Shown here one piece after another: positions 1-9,797 of a stretch of DNA of 64,000 nucleotides (position 1 is the stretch's first letter; every line of letters starts with the position of its first letter). Source of the stretch: Candidatus Yanofskybacteria bacterium CG10_big_fil_rev_8_21_14_0_10_36_16. GTDB taxonomy: Bacteria > Patescibacteriota > Minisyncoccia > 2-02-FULL-40-12 > IGHO2-01-FULL-4-A. The notes below the pieces were generated by a model. That model searched no databases. It was not told the DNA's origin and saw only the letters and a program-made list of their open reading frames with translations. Made by a program: the position numbers and the translations under genes. Location: contig PCXQ01000001.1 in the NCBI GenBank assembly GCA_002794035.1, positions 3,256 to 67,255 of the forward strand. Reading direction: 5' to 3'.

Positions 1-756
1 GTTTGAAATATTGGAATGAGCAACAATATTAGCATTTTGATCTACTATAAAAGTAATGCCTTCTTTACCTATTTTTATTTCTTCAATCCATTTTTGGAAT
101 TTACTCAGCTTTATTTGAAAGAGAAGTATGCCGGCAGGACTACCAAAAGAATTTTTTATAGGAAAAACAAAGGAGGCAACATTATAAGCTGGACTGGTTG
201 ATCTAGTATATATCTCAGAAAGATGGGGCTCCCAATCAGTTATGATATTACGATACCAATTTCTATGAATTAAGCTTGAGCCCAATATTCCGCTTTCAGG
301 GAAGGATGCTTTAGCTATTCCCTCAGTATCGGCAAGGCCTATCAATTCAATAGCTTCGTTGCTTTCTTGAATTGCGGGCGTTATTAATGAGGTTGCTTCT
401 TGCCATTTTCTTTCAATAACTAAATTTGTAATATCTCTGCGAGTAGAATAGTGGTTTCCTATAGTCTTAATTTTTTCTAATTGATTTCTTAGTACCTGAG
501 AAGCTAAAAGTGCTACTGTTTCATTTTTTGTAATAACAGCTGCACTTACGTTTATTCTGGAATGCTCATCTTCTGTGATTAATCCTCCTTCATCTTTTTC
601 TTTGTTAAGCAAAAAATAACTAATACCCACAGATGAAGCAGAAAGCAATATAAAAATTAAAACAGCAGACATTATTATCCCTGTTTTGCCTTTGGTTTTT
701 TCTGAATCGTTTGAGATTAGTGTAGAATTACTTTTTTGCTGACTCTGGTATTCCAT
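1..756 (-). CDS. Cache-like sensor domain protein, N-terminal part (gene runs off the left window edge)
   Basis: Not in ORF track. My reverse-strand translation from ATG at 756 stays open to base 1 (252 codons): MEYQSQQKSNST..., one TM helix (AVLIFILLSASSVGISYFLL), then Cache-like pattern (FVFPIKNSFGSPAGILLFQIKL, IGKEGITFIVDQNANIVAH). Confidence 0.6.
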   Translation of the reverse strand, partial: MEYQSQQKSNSTLISNDSEKTKGKTGIIMSAVLIFILLSASSVGISYFLLNKEKDEGGLITEDEHSRINVSAAVITKNETVALLASQVLRNQLEKIKTIGNHYSTRRDITNLVIERKWQEATSLITPAIQESNEAIELIGLADTEGIAKASFPESGILGSSLIHRNWYRNIITDWEPHLSEIYTRSTSPAYNVASFVFPIKNSFGSPAGILLFQIKLSKFQKWIEEIKIGKEGITFIVDQNANIVAHSNISN

Positions 757-892
757 TTAAATTTATTAATCTTTTACTAATCGACATTCCGACAATGCTT
801 TGTTTTTAAAGGGTTTGTCGGATGTTTTTACTTTAACATATTATTGCTTAAATACGTTATTAAATATTGTGGATATTAATAAAAAATGTTTA

Positions 893-2362
893 TTACAGTT
901 CATAACTATCTCCATCTTTTGGTACTACAGCATCAACTACTAGAATATCTTTTATTTTGCTTGCAAGAACTTCTGATACTTCTCTTTCCCCTTGAACCAC
1001 AAACACTTTTTTTAATCTATGTTCTCCTTCATCTTTATTTTGTTCATTTTGTCTTTGTGTTGTCTCATTAGAACAGCTTTCATCACTCTCAAGGTAGCTA
1101 TTTGCTGCTTTTACCCAGCGCAAAAGCCCTAGTTGGTCTGCATGTGCTGAATATCCTCCTATGGCCACAATGTTGCAGTTTACAGGGATTTCATTTCCAA
1201 AAATTCTTACAGAATTCGATTTTTTACCGACTTTTCTTTTGTCTTTTATTTCAAGAATTGCTCTGCCTAAGGTTCCTATTACCTGATATCCTACAAAAAG
1301 CATGGTTGATTTTGGATCGGGTAAGTATTTTCTTTCGTGGTGCAATATTCTTCCTCCAACACTCATTCCTGATCCTGCAATTATTATTTTGGGTGGAGGC
1401 ACTTCATTTATTGATTTTGATTCATTTACTGTTCTTGTCATCTTTAGTCCTGGGAAATGGAATATGTCATCTCCTGACTCAATAAGCTCTGATGCTTGTT
1501 TATTAAAGTTTTTCTGGTATTTTCTGTATACTTCTGTGATCTTTATTGCCAACGGGCTGTCAACAAATACAGGAATGCGGGGTATTCTTTTGTTTTCTAT
1601 TAATTCATTTAATTCAAAAAGAAGTTCTTGGGTTCTTTCAACTGCAAACGAGGGAATAATCAGTGCCCCGCCTTCCTTAACTGTATTTTCTACGGCGTCT
1701 TCTAGTTTCCCTTTCCTTAGCTCTCTGTCTTCGTGGACCCTATCACCATAAGCTGACTCTATAACCACATAATCAGCATTTCTGACTAATTCAGTAGGAT
1801 TTAAAAATGGTGTAGGCGGATTTCCTAGATCCCCTGAAAAATATATTCTTTTGTATTTCTCTCCTTCTTTCCACTTTATTTCAATTATAGATGACCCCAA
1901 AATATGTCCTGCGTCATGTAATTGTGCCTCGACATCTCCTTGTAAATCAACCTTTTCGTGGAAATCAAGACTTTGTACTAATTCAAGCATTCCTTTAATA
2001 TCTTTTCCTTCATAAAGAGGAGGATGTCCATCTTCTTTTGCTTCTCTTTCAATATGACTTAAGGAATCTGGCAAAGATGCAGTCATCAAGTCTTTTGCAG
2101 GGGTATTTGCATATATTTTACCTCTAAAGCCGTCTTTGTACAATTTGGGTAAGCGCCCCATATGATCTATGTGGCTGTGGGTTATGAAGACAAAATCTAC
2201 TTGGGAAGGATCATAAGAAAAATCTGCATAATTAAAATCTTCTGCGTATTTACTACCCTGGCTTAGACCGCAATCAATTACTATTTTTTGTCCGGAGTCA
2301 GTTTCAAGCAAATAATTAGCTCCAGTAACCTGACCAGCACCTCCGAAAAATGATAATTTCAT
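893..2362 (-). CDS. MBL-fold beta-CASP family hydrolase (RNA-processing nuclease-like)
   Basis: 489 aa. HSHIDH metallo-beta-lactamase motif near N-terminus; overall CPSF/RNase J-like layout. Confidence 0.8.
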   Translation of the reverse strand: MKLSFFGGAGQVTGANYLLETDSGQKIVIDCGLSQGSKYAEDFNYADFSYDPSQVDFVFITHSHIDHMGRLPKLYKDGFRGKIYANTPAKDLMTASLPDSLSHIEREAKEDGHPPLYEGKDIKGMLELVQSLDFHEKVDLQGDVEAQLHDAGHILGSSIIEIKWKEGEKYKRIYFSGDLGNPPTPFLNPTELVRNADYVVIESAYGDRVHEDRELRKGKLEDAVENTVKEGGALIIPSFAVERTQELLFELNELIENKRIPRIPVFVDSPLAIKITEVYRKYQKNFNKQASELIESGDDIFHFPGLKMTRTVNESKSINEVPPPKIIIAGSGMSVGGRILHHERKYLPDPKSTMLFVGYQVIGTLGRAILEIKDKRKVGKKSNSVRIFGNEIPVNCNIVAIGGYSAHADQLGLLRWVKAANSYLESDESCSNETTQRQNEQNKDEGEHRLKKVFVVQGEREVSEVLASKIKDILVVDAVVPKDGDSYEL

Positions 2363-2413
2363 TTACAAATCATATCGACATAACCAATAAAACAAGGGTT
2401 TGTCGGAATATTA

Positions 2414-3259
2414 TTAAATTATTATGTAAAAAATTAAGTAACCTATTATACTTAAAGCAGCAATTGGTGGCAGTGCTGCCATTGGCCGTTTTTTATTTTG
2501 GTTCGTGAATATTAGATGTGTTAAGAAAAGCCCCGCAAGTGAAAATATTAATACAATCACTGATCCTGCAAGTGATGTTTTGGCTACAGATGATGTGAGT
2601 ATCAAGGGCATTACTATATCCCCTGAACCTAATATCATAAAATTATCTCCTGGAGTAACGTTGTTTAATCTTTCTGTGACAAGATTTAATTTTGATGGAA
2701 TTACAAAACCAAATATTGCTTTTGATTCAATCATTGCTTTTGCCATGCTAATCATGTGTTTTGTTTTGTAAACAGCTATTATGTCATAAATTGAAAGAAC
2801 AGCTAGTAAAATAACGGCGAACAAAGGCGTCACAGTAAGGCCAAATAAGGCTCCTATTCCTGCAATAGCGATTACCATTACTATATTTTGAATTATAACA
2901 TTATTCCTATATAAAAATAATCCTATTAATACCAAAGAGACAATGAGAGAGATGTAAGGGTTTAGAAATGATCCTAGGGATAGCTGTAAACCGCTAAAGA
3001 CAGCTAGTGTTAAAAATACTTTAAAAAAAATAGTTCCTGCTTTGCCGCCCTTTTTACTAAAAAATATAAAAAGAACTAATATGACTGCCAATATGATTAT
3101 GTCTAAAAGATTAAAGCTTAGCCCTTCAGACATGGCAACTGTTTCTTCTGGGGGTAATGCCAGTAGTTTTAATGTTACGGCTAATCCGAGGATTTGAGTG
3201 GCCAAGAAAGGTATTAATTCTTTTATGTATGAGCCAAGGTTTAGGTTTATATCCTTCAT
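2414..3259 (-). CDS. Presenilin / signal-peptide-peptidase-like intramembrane aspartyl protease (A22-like)
   Basis: 281 aa polytopic membrane protein with YD (SIYDIIAVY), GxGD (LGSGDIVMPL, close to SPP GLGDIVMPG) and a PAL-like AALPP near the C-terminus. Confidence 0.65.
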   Translation of the reverse strand: MKDINLNLGSYIKELIPFLATQILGLAVTLKLLALPPEETVAMSEGLSFNLLDIIILAVILVLFIFFSKKGGKAGTIFFKVFLTLAVFSGLQLSLGSFLNPYISLIVSLVLIGLFLYRNNVIIQNIVMVIAIAGIGALFGLTVTPLFAVILLAVLSIYDIIAVYKTKHMISMAKAMIESKAIFGFVIPSKLNLVTERLNNVTPGDNFMILGSGDIVMPLILTSSVAKTSLAGSVIVLIFSLAGLFLTHLIFTNQNKKRPMAALPPIAALSIIGYLIFYIII

Positions 3260-3322
3260 AAAGGTTAATAATTATTATTATATTTTAACAAATTTAGACA
3301 AATAAATTTAGCATTATAAGTT

Positions 3323-3760
3323 TTATAAGTCTCTTACAATTACTGTACCCCTCTCTAATTCATTATAAAAATTGTGATAACTAAATATTCCTGATTTTGA
3401 AAATCTATAAATGTATGATTCTCCAACCTTGACATCATTTATGCTATCGAGGCCAGAGAGTACTTCCTCGCCGTTATCGCCAATGTCTGAAATAACTCGT
3501 AATGATGTTAGTCCATCGTTTTGAAATTTAACAGTATCGCCTACTCGTATTCTTAGGTTGGTTGGGCTAAAAACTCCTGCCTTATAAAAAACAGAATAAA
3601 TCCTCGGTTTCCTGTTGTTTATTAAAGAGCCATTCGCAGTAACGTTAGTTGTTTGAAGTTGTGAAGTGGTTTCTCCAAAGTGAATTAATGCCAAAATAAA
3701 AACTGCCAGCACTAGCATTATTTCAAACCACATTAATCCATTATTGGATCTTTGTTCCAT
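3323..3760 (-). CDS. Type IV pilin-like N-terminus fused to a small beta-sandwich (cupredoxin-like) domain
   Basis: 145 aa. MEQRSNNG|LMWFEIMLVLAVFILAL resembles a prepilin cleavage site with Glu at +5. C-terminal part resembles a cupredoxin fold (RIRVGDTVKFQNDG), but no clear Cu ligands. Confidence 0.45.
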   Translation of the reverse strand: MEQRSNNGLMWFEIMLVLAVFILALIHFGETTSQLQTTNVTANGSLINNRKPRIYSVFYKAGVFSPTNLRIRVGDTVKFQNDGLTSLRVISDIGDNGEEVLSGLDSINDVKVGESYIYRFSKSGIFSYHNFYNELERGTVIVRDL

Positions 3761-3810
3761 GTAATTATTTTAACACCTACTGCCTGAGTAAGCAAAAAAA
3801 AGCCCCGATA

Positions 3811-4287
3811 TTAATATCGAGGAAGAACATTGTTTATGGTTTTGATCAGATCTACAACTGAATCAGAATGGGTTGTTATGATTTTTATAATGAAGCTGTT
3901 GCACTGTACAACCCGCAGGTCTTGATTAAATGATAGTTTTGGTTGTGTTCTTTTTTTTCTTTTTGCATCCCATCCATTTTCTGCATCACGTAAGAAATTT
4001 TTATCTCTGGTGACTATAAAAAATTTAGTTTTCGGAGTTATTAGTTTAGGAGGAGTATGGGTTAGTTTCCATATAAAATCTAGAATTACTTGAAAGTCAG
4101 ATAAGTGGAGAAAGCTAAGCTCACCGGAATGTCGAAAGATTAGTGGATTAGGAGATCTCAAACGATGGCGGCACATGTATTCTTTGTTGTTTCGGCAACT
4201 GTTCGTACATGGTTTGAGTCTAGATGCACATGCATCAAAATATAATACTAAATCATAAGGTTGCTTTTTCTTTCCCCTGTTCCTCAA
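3811..4287 (-). CDS. Hypothetical protein, weak PIN-like signature
   Basis: 158 aa. TTG start preceded by AAGGAG at about 8 nt. YDLVLYFDAC and FFIVTRDKNFL resemble PIN N- and C-terminal acidic motifs. Confidence 0.35.
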   Translation of the reverse strand: MRNRGKKKQPYDLVLYFDACASRLKPCTNSCRNNKEYMCRHRLRSPNPLIFRHSGELSFLHLSDFQVILDFIWKLTHTPPKLITPKTKFFIVTRDKNFLRDAENGWDAKRKKRTQPKLSFNQDLRVVQCNSFIIKIITTHSDSVVDLIKTINNVLPRY

Positions 4288-4331
4288 GTATAATCTCCTT
4301 TTTAAAGATCTTTATTTCTGCTTTTATGTTA

Positions 4332-5570
4332 TCAATATTTAAGAAACTCTTCAACCACAGCCTTGTCAGACCACTGAATCTTCTTGTTATTTGATACTGC
4401 CATGGATGTTTCAGACCCTTTGCCTGTTATTATTACTGTATCGTCTTTTTTTGCTAGCGATAAAGCTTTTTTGATCGCATCTTGTCTGTTTATTATTAAA
4501 TTATAACCATTGTTCAAATTTGAAAAACCCGACACAATTTCTTGCAAAATTTCCTCAGGATTTTCATCGTAGGGATCCTCGTTTGTAAGTACGATTTCAT
4601 CACAATATTTTTCGGCAATGCGTCCAAAAGAGGATCTCTTCCATTTGTCTCTCCCTCCTCCTGCAGCTCCAAGTACACAAACAAGTTTAGAATTGTCCTT
4701 TTTGAGGGTCTGATAAACTTTTTCTAAACTGTCTGGTGTATGGGCGTAATCAACAACAACATCAAACGGTTGTCCCTTTTTTATGAATTCCATTCTACCG
4801 GGAACCTTTTCTATTTTTTCAAGTTCATTTTTCGCTTCTTTTGGGTTAATGCCATATGCTTTCGAGATGGCTAGTGCTGCCAGACCATTATAAATATTAA
4901 AATTGCCAACAAGTTTTAATTTGAGCTCAGTGTCTTTTTGATTGACATCTCCTTCTTGCATCCCGAAGGTTATTTTTTGGTCTGATTTAATTTCAATGAA
5001 GTCTTTAGATTGTTTGTCATCTATGTTTATTATATGTATAGCGTTTGTCTTAAAAAATAATTTTTGCTTTGCTTGCAAATAGTTTTCAAATGAGCCATGA
5101 CTCTCAATGTGTTCTTTGTGTATTCCTGTGAAAACAGCACAATTTACATTTATGCCTGCAAGACGATTTTGGGCCAGTCCCTCAGAAGTTGCTTCAAGTA
5201 TTACATATTTTGCTCCTGATTTTTTTGCATTATATAAAAATTTTTGCAACTTCATTCTGCCCGGCATCGTCATCTTTAGAGAGTTTGGCCATGTTTTATC
5301 CTTTATTTTAAAACCAAGTGATCCAATTGATGCGACGGGAATTCCAGCTTTTTCAAATATTCTTGTTGTCATATATACAACAGTTGACTTACCTTTTGTG
5401 CCGGTTACCGCTATTATTTTAAGGTTTTTTGAAGGAAATCCATAAAATATTCCTCCTAGTATAGATAAAAATCCATGGTAATATGGCTGAGTAAATTTAA
5501 ATATTGATCTAGGAATTAACTTACGTCCAATATCTAAAACCTTATTTAAGATATATAATTCTTTAAACAT
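4332..5570 (-). CDS. murE: Mur ligase, MurE-like (UDP-MurNAc-L-Ala-D-Glu:diamino acid ligase)
   Basis: 412 aa. P-loop VTGTKGKST, DYAHTPDSLEKV and NEDPYDENP motifs typical of MurE. Short N-terminal domain. Confidence 0.8.
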   Translation of the reverse strand: MFKELYILNKVLDIGRKLIPRSIFKFTQPYYHGFLSILGGIFYGFPSKNLKIIAVTGTKGKSTVVYMTTRIFEKAGIPVASIGSLGFKIKDKTWPNSLKMTMPGRMKLQKFLYNAKKSGAKYVILEATSEGLAQNRLAGINVNCAVFTGIHKEHIESHGSFENYLQAKQKLFFKTNAIHIINIDDKQSKDFIEIKSDQKITFGMQEGDVNQKDTELKLKLVGNFNIYNGLAALAISKAYGINPKEAKNELEKIEKVPGRMEFIKKGQPFDVVVDYAHTPDSLEKVYQTLKKDNSKLVCVLGAAGGGRDKWKRSSFGRIAEKYCDEIVLTNEDPYDENPEEILQEIVSGFSNLNNGYNLIINRQDAIKKALSLAKKDDTVIITGKGSETSMAVSNNKKIQWSDKAVVEEFLKY

Positions 5571-5593
5571 GTTATATTAATGATTATTAATGT

Positions 5594-6514
5594 TTATAAT
5601 ACCTTCTTGCCTATAATATAAAGCCAGTACCACAGCTTATTTATAGGTAAATCAAAAGAACCAAAATACTCAATTTCACTACCTCCCCAACCTTTTTTAA
5701 ATCTTGTAACTCCGGGCCACTTTTTTTCATCAATCCCCCAAAAATCATAATGTTTTAATCCTGCTGATTTTAAAAATTTTATAATTTCCCAATGAAGCAC
5801 GAAGGGTGCCATGGCGGCTCTCATATTATAGTCAGATGCTCCATGAAGATAATAGCCGGTTTCTTTAAAAATTAATATTAAAGCAGAAGCTACAGGTTTT
5901 GAATTAAATTCAGCCGTAAAGATTTTGATTTGTATATCATCACTATTTTTAAAGTAGTCTATAAGCTTATGGTAGTAATTTTCAGAATGAGTGCTGAATT
6001 TGTCTTTAATAGATGTTTTTTTGAGAAGTTGCCAAAAAGTTTCTACATTATTATGTTGCTCTACTATTATAGAATGTTTTTTAGCAACGCGAATGTTGTA
6101 ACGAGTTTTAGAGTGCATTTCTGATAAAAGCTCATCTTCAGTTTTTTCTAAATTTAAAATCTGGGTCTTGTTGGGTTGAATTTGTTTTTTTGATTTTCTA
6201 AAACCTGATTCAATAAGTTTATCCGAAATTTTTTTAGACAATGGTTCTGCTTTTATGTAAATATATTTTTTTTCTTTTGAAATTTTTTTTAAATAAGATA
6301 CAAAATTTTCCGGAGAGAATTTGTCCTCATTGACAGCTAATGGTCCATGGGGTATATATAAATAATTTTTATTGACATATGGCATGTCGTGTTCTATTAT
6401 TTCAGCCCTAATTTCTCCCTCATGGTATTCAAAAACATTCCTGCCAATGTGCCTTTGGAATTCTAACCACGATTTTGATTGTAAAAATGACTCCATGTTT
6501 GAATTGAACATCAA
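5594..6514 (-). CDS. FemAB-family peptidoglycan interpeptide-bridge peptidyltransferase
   Basis: 306 aa. N-terminal FLQSKSWLEFQ and overall FemX-like pattern. Directly upstream of murE on the same strand. Confidence 0.75.
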   Translation of the reverse strand: MMFNSNMESFLQSKSWLEFQRHIGRNVFEYHEGEIRAEIIEHDMPYVNKNYLYIPHGPLAVNEDKFSPENFVSYLKKISKEKKYIYIKAEPLSKKISDKLIESGFRKSKKQIQPNKTQILNLEKTEDELLSEMHSKTRYNIRVAKKHSIIVEQHNNVETFWQLLKKTSIKDKFSTHSENYYHKLIDYFKNSDDIQIKIFTAEFNSKPVASALILIFKETGYYLHGASDYNMRAAMAPFVLHWEIIKFLKSAGLKHYDFWGIDEKKWPGVTRFKKGWGGSEIEYFGSFDLPINKLWYWLYIIGKKVL

Positions 6515-6642
6515 TAAATATTTATTCCTAAGTTATTTTTAATAGTCTAGTTAAAATATGTTAAATATGCACGTATTTCCTTACTAGAATATCTTATTAA
6601 ATAGATAAATTGACCCTAGACAGGGTCAATTTTGGGAGGTTT

Positions 6643-7227
6643 CTACTTCCCTAATATTTTGAGTGCATTAGTTATTTTTTCTTCTATAGTAGTGGCTTCT
6701 TTTGATGATTTTAGGGCTTCTATCGCTTGGTGTTGAGAATATCCTAGAGTCATTAAGGCATCGGCTGCCTCTCCTTCAAGAGCTAGGTTTCTCCCCGACT
6801 CATTGCTTGATTCACCAATTGTGATGACTTTATTTTTAAGTTCTAGAATTAGTCTTTGGGCAGTTTTGAGTCCAATGCTTGCTGTCTTGCTTAAGTATTT
6901 ATGGTCTCCTTGTATTATGCCTAGTTGAAGCGTGGCAAGATCAACAGAAGATAATATTGATTGGGCAGACTTTGGACCTATGCCAGAAACCGTGGTCAGC
7001 AGTTCAAAGAAATTTAACTCTTCGGGCGTGTTAAAACCATAAAGCTCAACGCTCCCGTCTCTAGGATTTAGTGTAAAGTGGGTGTAAAACTTGACTTTGT
7101 CTCCTATATTTGATAGAATATTTCTGTTTTTTTCAGATATGGCCACTCTGTAGCCTACTCCATTTACGTCAATTATTGCATATTTTTCCCCTAAAGATAT
7201 TAATTTTCCTTCAACATAACCAATCAT
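6643..7227 (-). CDS. ruvA: Holliday junction branch migration protein RuvA
   Basis: 194 aa. MIGYVEGKL start, HhH region (VSGIGPKSAQSIL), C-terminal domain III. Confidence 0.9.
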   Translation of the reverse strand: MIGYVEGKLISLGEKYAIIDVNGVGYRVAISEKNRNILSNIGDKVKFYTHFTLNPRDGSVELYGFNTPEELNFFELLTTVSGIGPKSAQSILSSVDLATLQLGIIQGDHKYLSKTASIGLKTAQRLILELKNKVITIGESSNESGRNLALEGEAADALMTLGYSQHQAIEALKSSKEATTIEEKITNALKILGK

Positions 7228-7280
7228 GCTTTTATATTATCCCTTTTGGTTATATTTTTCAATCTATACAGAACTTACAC

Positions 7281-7350
7281 GCTTGAGCATAAGCCCCCAA
7301 AATAAAGGGCTTATCTTGCTCAAGCCACAAGGGTTTGGCCAAACGCGTAA
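7281..7350. repeat. Palindromic repeat unit (cttgagca-taagccc / gggcttatcttgctcaag) plus gtttggccaaac palindrome
   Basis: Imperfect hairpin in the ruvA-uvrB divergent intergenic region. The arm gggcttatcYtgctcaag recurs at 16529-16546. Confidence 0.5.
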
Positions 7351-7380
7351 GCCTTACTATAATAATTTAACCTTAAATAA

Positions 7381-9423
7381 TTGTTTAAATTAAGCTCAAA
7401 ATTTAAGCCTACAGGCGACCAGCCCCAAGCAATAGATAGGCTGATACGAGGAATTAAAACAGGCGAAAAACACCAGACGCTTTTAGGCGTGACGGGTTCC
7501 GGCAAGACCTTTACTATTGCAAACGTAATCGCGAATGTTAAAAAGCCAACTCTTGTAATATCTCATAATAAGACCCTTGCAGCCCAGTTATATCAGGAGT
7601 TTAAAGAGTTTTTTCCGGAAAATGCCGTTCATTATTTTGTTAGTTACTATGATTATTATCAGCCAGAGGCCTATATTCCCCATTCAGACACGTATATTGA
7701 AAAAGATGCCAAAATAAACGAAGAAATAGACCGTCTTAGACATGCTTCAACCCAAGCTCTTATAAGTCGAGACGATGTTATTGTTGTGGCCTCGGTTTCT
7801 TGTATTTATAACCTTGGTTCTCCTGAAGATTATGATAATTTGTGTTTGGATGTTGTTGAGGGTCAAAAAGTAAGGCCGGGAGAAATTGCTGGGCATCTTG
7901 CCAGATTGCAATACGGATATGAACTTGAGCTTAAAAGAGGTACTTTCAGGAAATCAACAAAAGAAATAGAAGTAGCATCAGCTACCGGCGATAGGATTAC
8001 AAAAATAAAATTTAAGGGCAATGTTGTAGAAAAAATATCAGTTGCTGACAACGTTGAATTAGATGACATATTTTATAAAGATCCTAAGTTTGAGAAGGTT
8101 GTTGAAACAAAAATATTCCCTGCAAAGTATTGGATTGCCACAAATGACAAAACTGATTTGGCTATACAAAACATAAGGGCAGAACTGCAAAAACACATTA
8201 AAAAACTAGACAAGGAGGGGCTTTATGTAGAAGCAGAGCGTCTTAAATCAAGAACCGAATATGATATGGATATGATCAAAACCGCCGGTTATTGTCATGG
8301 AATTGAAAACTACTCAAGCCATCTTGATTTTAGAAAACCCGGAGAACCTCCATATACACTATTGAACTTTTTTTCCGCCAAAGGTGGATCCGCCTCCGGA
8401 GGAAAGACTAAGGGAGATTTTTTAACAATAATAGATGAATCTCACATGACTATTCCTCAAATAAGAGGTATGTATGGCGGGGATCATTCAAGGAAGACAA
8501 CATTGGTTAAGCATGGATTCCGCTTGCCTTCTGCCATTGATAATAGGCCTTTAAAGTTTGATGAGTTTGAAAAAAAAATTGATCAGAGAATATATGTATC
8601 TGCGACCCCTGGTCCCTATGAGCTTAAAAAAACAAAGAAAAGCAACGTTGTGGAGCAGTTTGTTAGACCCACAGGACTTCTTGATCCAGTTGTAGAAATT
8701 AAGCCAACAAAAAACCAGATCCCCCATTTAATATCTGAGATAAAGAAAAGAAACGATAATAACCAAAGAACTCTTGTCACAACCATTACAAAAAGGATGG
8801 CGGAAGACTTGTCAGAACATTTGGCGGACGAAGGCATAAAAGTAAATTATATTCATTCGGAGATCAAAACTTTAGATAGGCTTGAAATCATAAGGGATTT
8901 GCGTCTTGGCAGATACGATGTTGTTGTAGGGGTTAATTTGTTGAGAGAGGGTTTGGATTTGCCCGAGGTATCTCTTATCGCTATTCTTGATGCAGACAAA
9001 GAGGGCTTTTTAAGAAATGCGACAACCCTGGTTCAGACAATGGGCAGAGCAGCAAGGCATATTGAGGGAAGAATCATAATGTATGCTGACAAGATAACAA
9101 AATCTATGCAATTTGCTATTGATGAGACAGAAAGACGTAGAAAAATTCAAGAGACCCATAATAAAAAACACGGAATAACGCCAAAAACTATCATAAAGGA
9201 GATAGGTCAAAATTATTTGCCGGCAGGAAAAGGAAAAAAAGAAAAGATAAGCCGTTGGACTAGTTATGATCCTAAAGACGAAGAAGAACCAGAGAAAATG
9301 CTTCCTGAACAGCGTCTTGAATATCTTGAAAAAGAGATGAAGAATGCGGCTAAAAGACTACAATTTGAAAAGGCTATGATTATGCGTGAAGAGGTTTTAA
9401 GGTTAAGAAAAGAAGTTGGCTAG
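7381..9423 (+). CDS. uvrB: Excinuclease ABC subunit B
   Basis: 680 aa. GVTGSGKTF Walker A, IIDESH, helicase motifs, C-terminal UVR domain (FEKAMIMREEV). TTG start. Confidence 0.95.
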   Translation: MFKLSSKFKPTGDQPQAIDRLIRGIKTGEKHQTLLGVTGSGKTFTIANVIANVKKPTLVISHNKTLAAQLYQEFKEFFPENAVHYFVSYYDYYQPEAYIPHSDTYIEKDAKINEEIDRLRHASTQALISRDDVIVVASVSCIYNLGSPEDYDNLCLDVVEGQKVRPGEIAGHLARLQYGYELELKRGTFRKSTKEIEVASATGDRITKIKFKGNVVEKISVADNVELDDIFYKDPKFEKVVETKIFPAKYWIATNDKTDLAIQNIRAELQKHIKKLDKEGLYVEAERLKSRTEYDMDMIKTAGYCHGIENYSSHLDFRKPGEPPYTLLNFFSAKGGSASGGKTKGDFLTIIDESHMTIPQIRGMYGGDHSRKTTLVKHGFRLPSAIDNRPLKFDEFEKKIDQRIYVSATPGPYELKKTKKSNVVEQFVRPTGLLDPVVEIKPTKNQIPHLISEIKKRNDNNQRTLVTTITKRMAEDLSEHLADEGIKVNYIHSEIKTLDRLEIIRDLRLGRYDVVVGVNLLREGLDLPEVSLIAILDADKEGFLRNATTLVQTMGRAARHIEGRIIMYADKITKSMQFAIDETERRRKIQETHNKKHGITPKTIIKEIGQNYLPAGKGKKEKISRWTSYDPKDEEEPEKMLPEQRLEYLEKEMKNAAKRLQFEKAMIMREEVLRLRKEVG

Positions 9424-9446
9424 ATATAAACAATAAACAAAACAAT

Positions 9447-9479
9447 CCCCCGCAATTGCGGGGGGTTTGTGTTTTTTTT
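9447..9479 (+). terminator. Rho-independent terminator after uvrB
   Basis: cccccgc-aatt-gcggggg stem-loop followed by a T-rich run. Confidence 0.7.
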
Positions 9480-9714
9480 ACTTTACTCTAATTAGAATAA
9501 TATCATCTGCTCTTTCAACTTCTCCAAGAATGGCGCTATTGCCTAGTTTTAATCTTAATCCTTCAACGGAATTTCCTCTGGATTCTTTGCAAGAAAAGCC
9601 ACAGCCTCTCTTTGTCTTTTTTTGGAGTACCCACATTTTAAGGTTTTCCTCGATTCCAACAGCAGCGTCTATTAAGTCGCCACAATGCCCTTGGTGTAAA
9701 ATTCCTGCATACAT
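9478..9714 (-). CDS. Small Cys-containing hypothetical protein
   Basis: AAGGAG 5 nt upstream of the ATG at 9714 (MYAGILHQGHCGD...GCG). CGD-x24-GCG spacing faintly recalls IscU/NifU scaffolds; not assignable. Confidence 0.45.
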   Translation of the reverse strand: MYAGILHQGHCGDLIDAAVGIEENLKMWVLQKKTKRGCGFSCKESRGNSVEGLRLKLGNSAILGEVERADDIILIRVK

Positions 9715-9797
9715 AAGCACTCCTTATAAAAAATATTCGCGAAAGGTGCTTGTTGTATAATAATACAAAATTATGTTTTGGTCAATACTATTGTTGT

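Noticed and set aside
1102-1751. Track ORFs 1102-1485 and 1302-1751 (+) inside the MBL/beta-CASP gene. Similar antisense ORFs occur inside dnaK (12042-12308, 12462-12698, 12980-13354, 13922-14254), dnaJ, uvrB, mod, res and others.
   Set aside because: They lie fully within, and antisense or out of frame to, long genes with clear conserved motifs. Their sequences are low-complexity with no RBS, so they are shadow ORFs.
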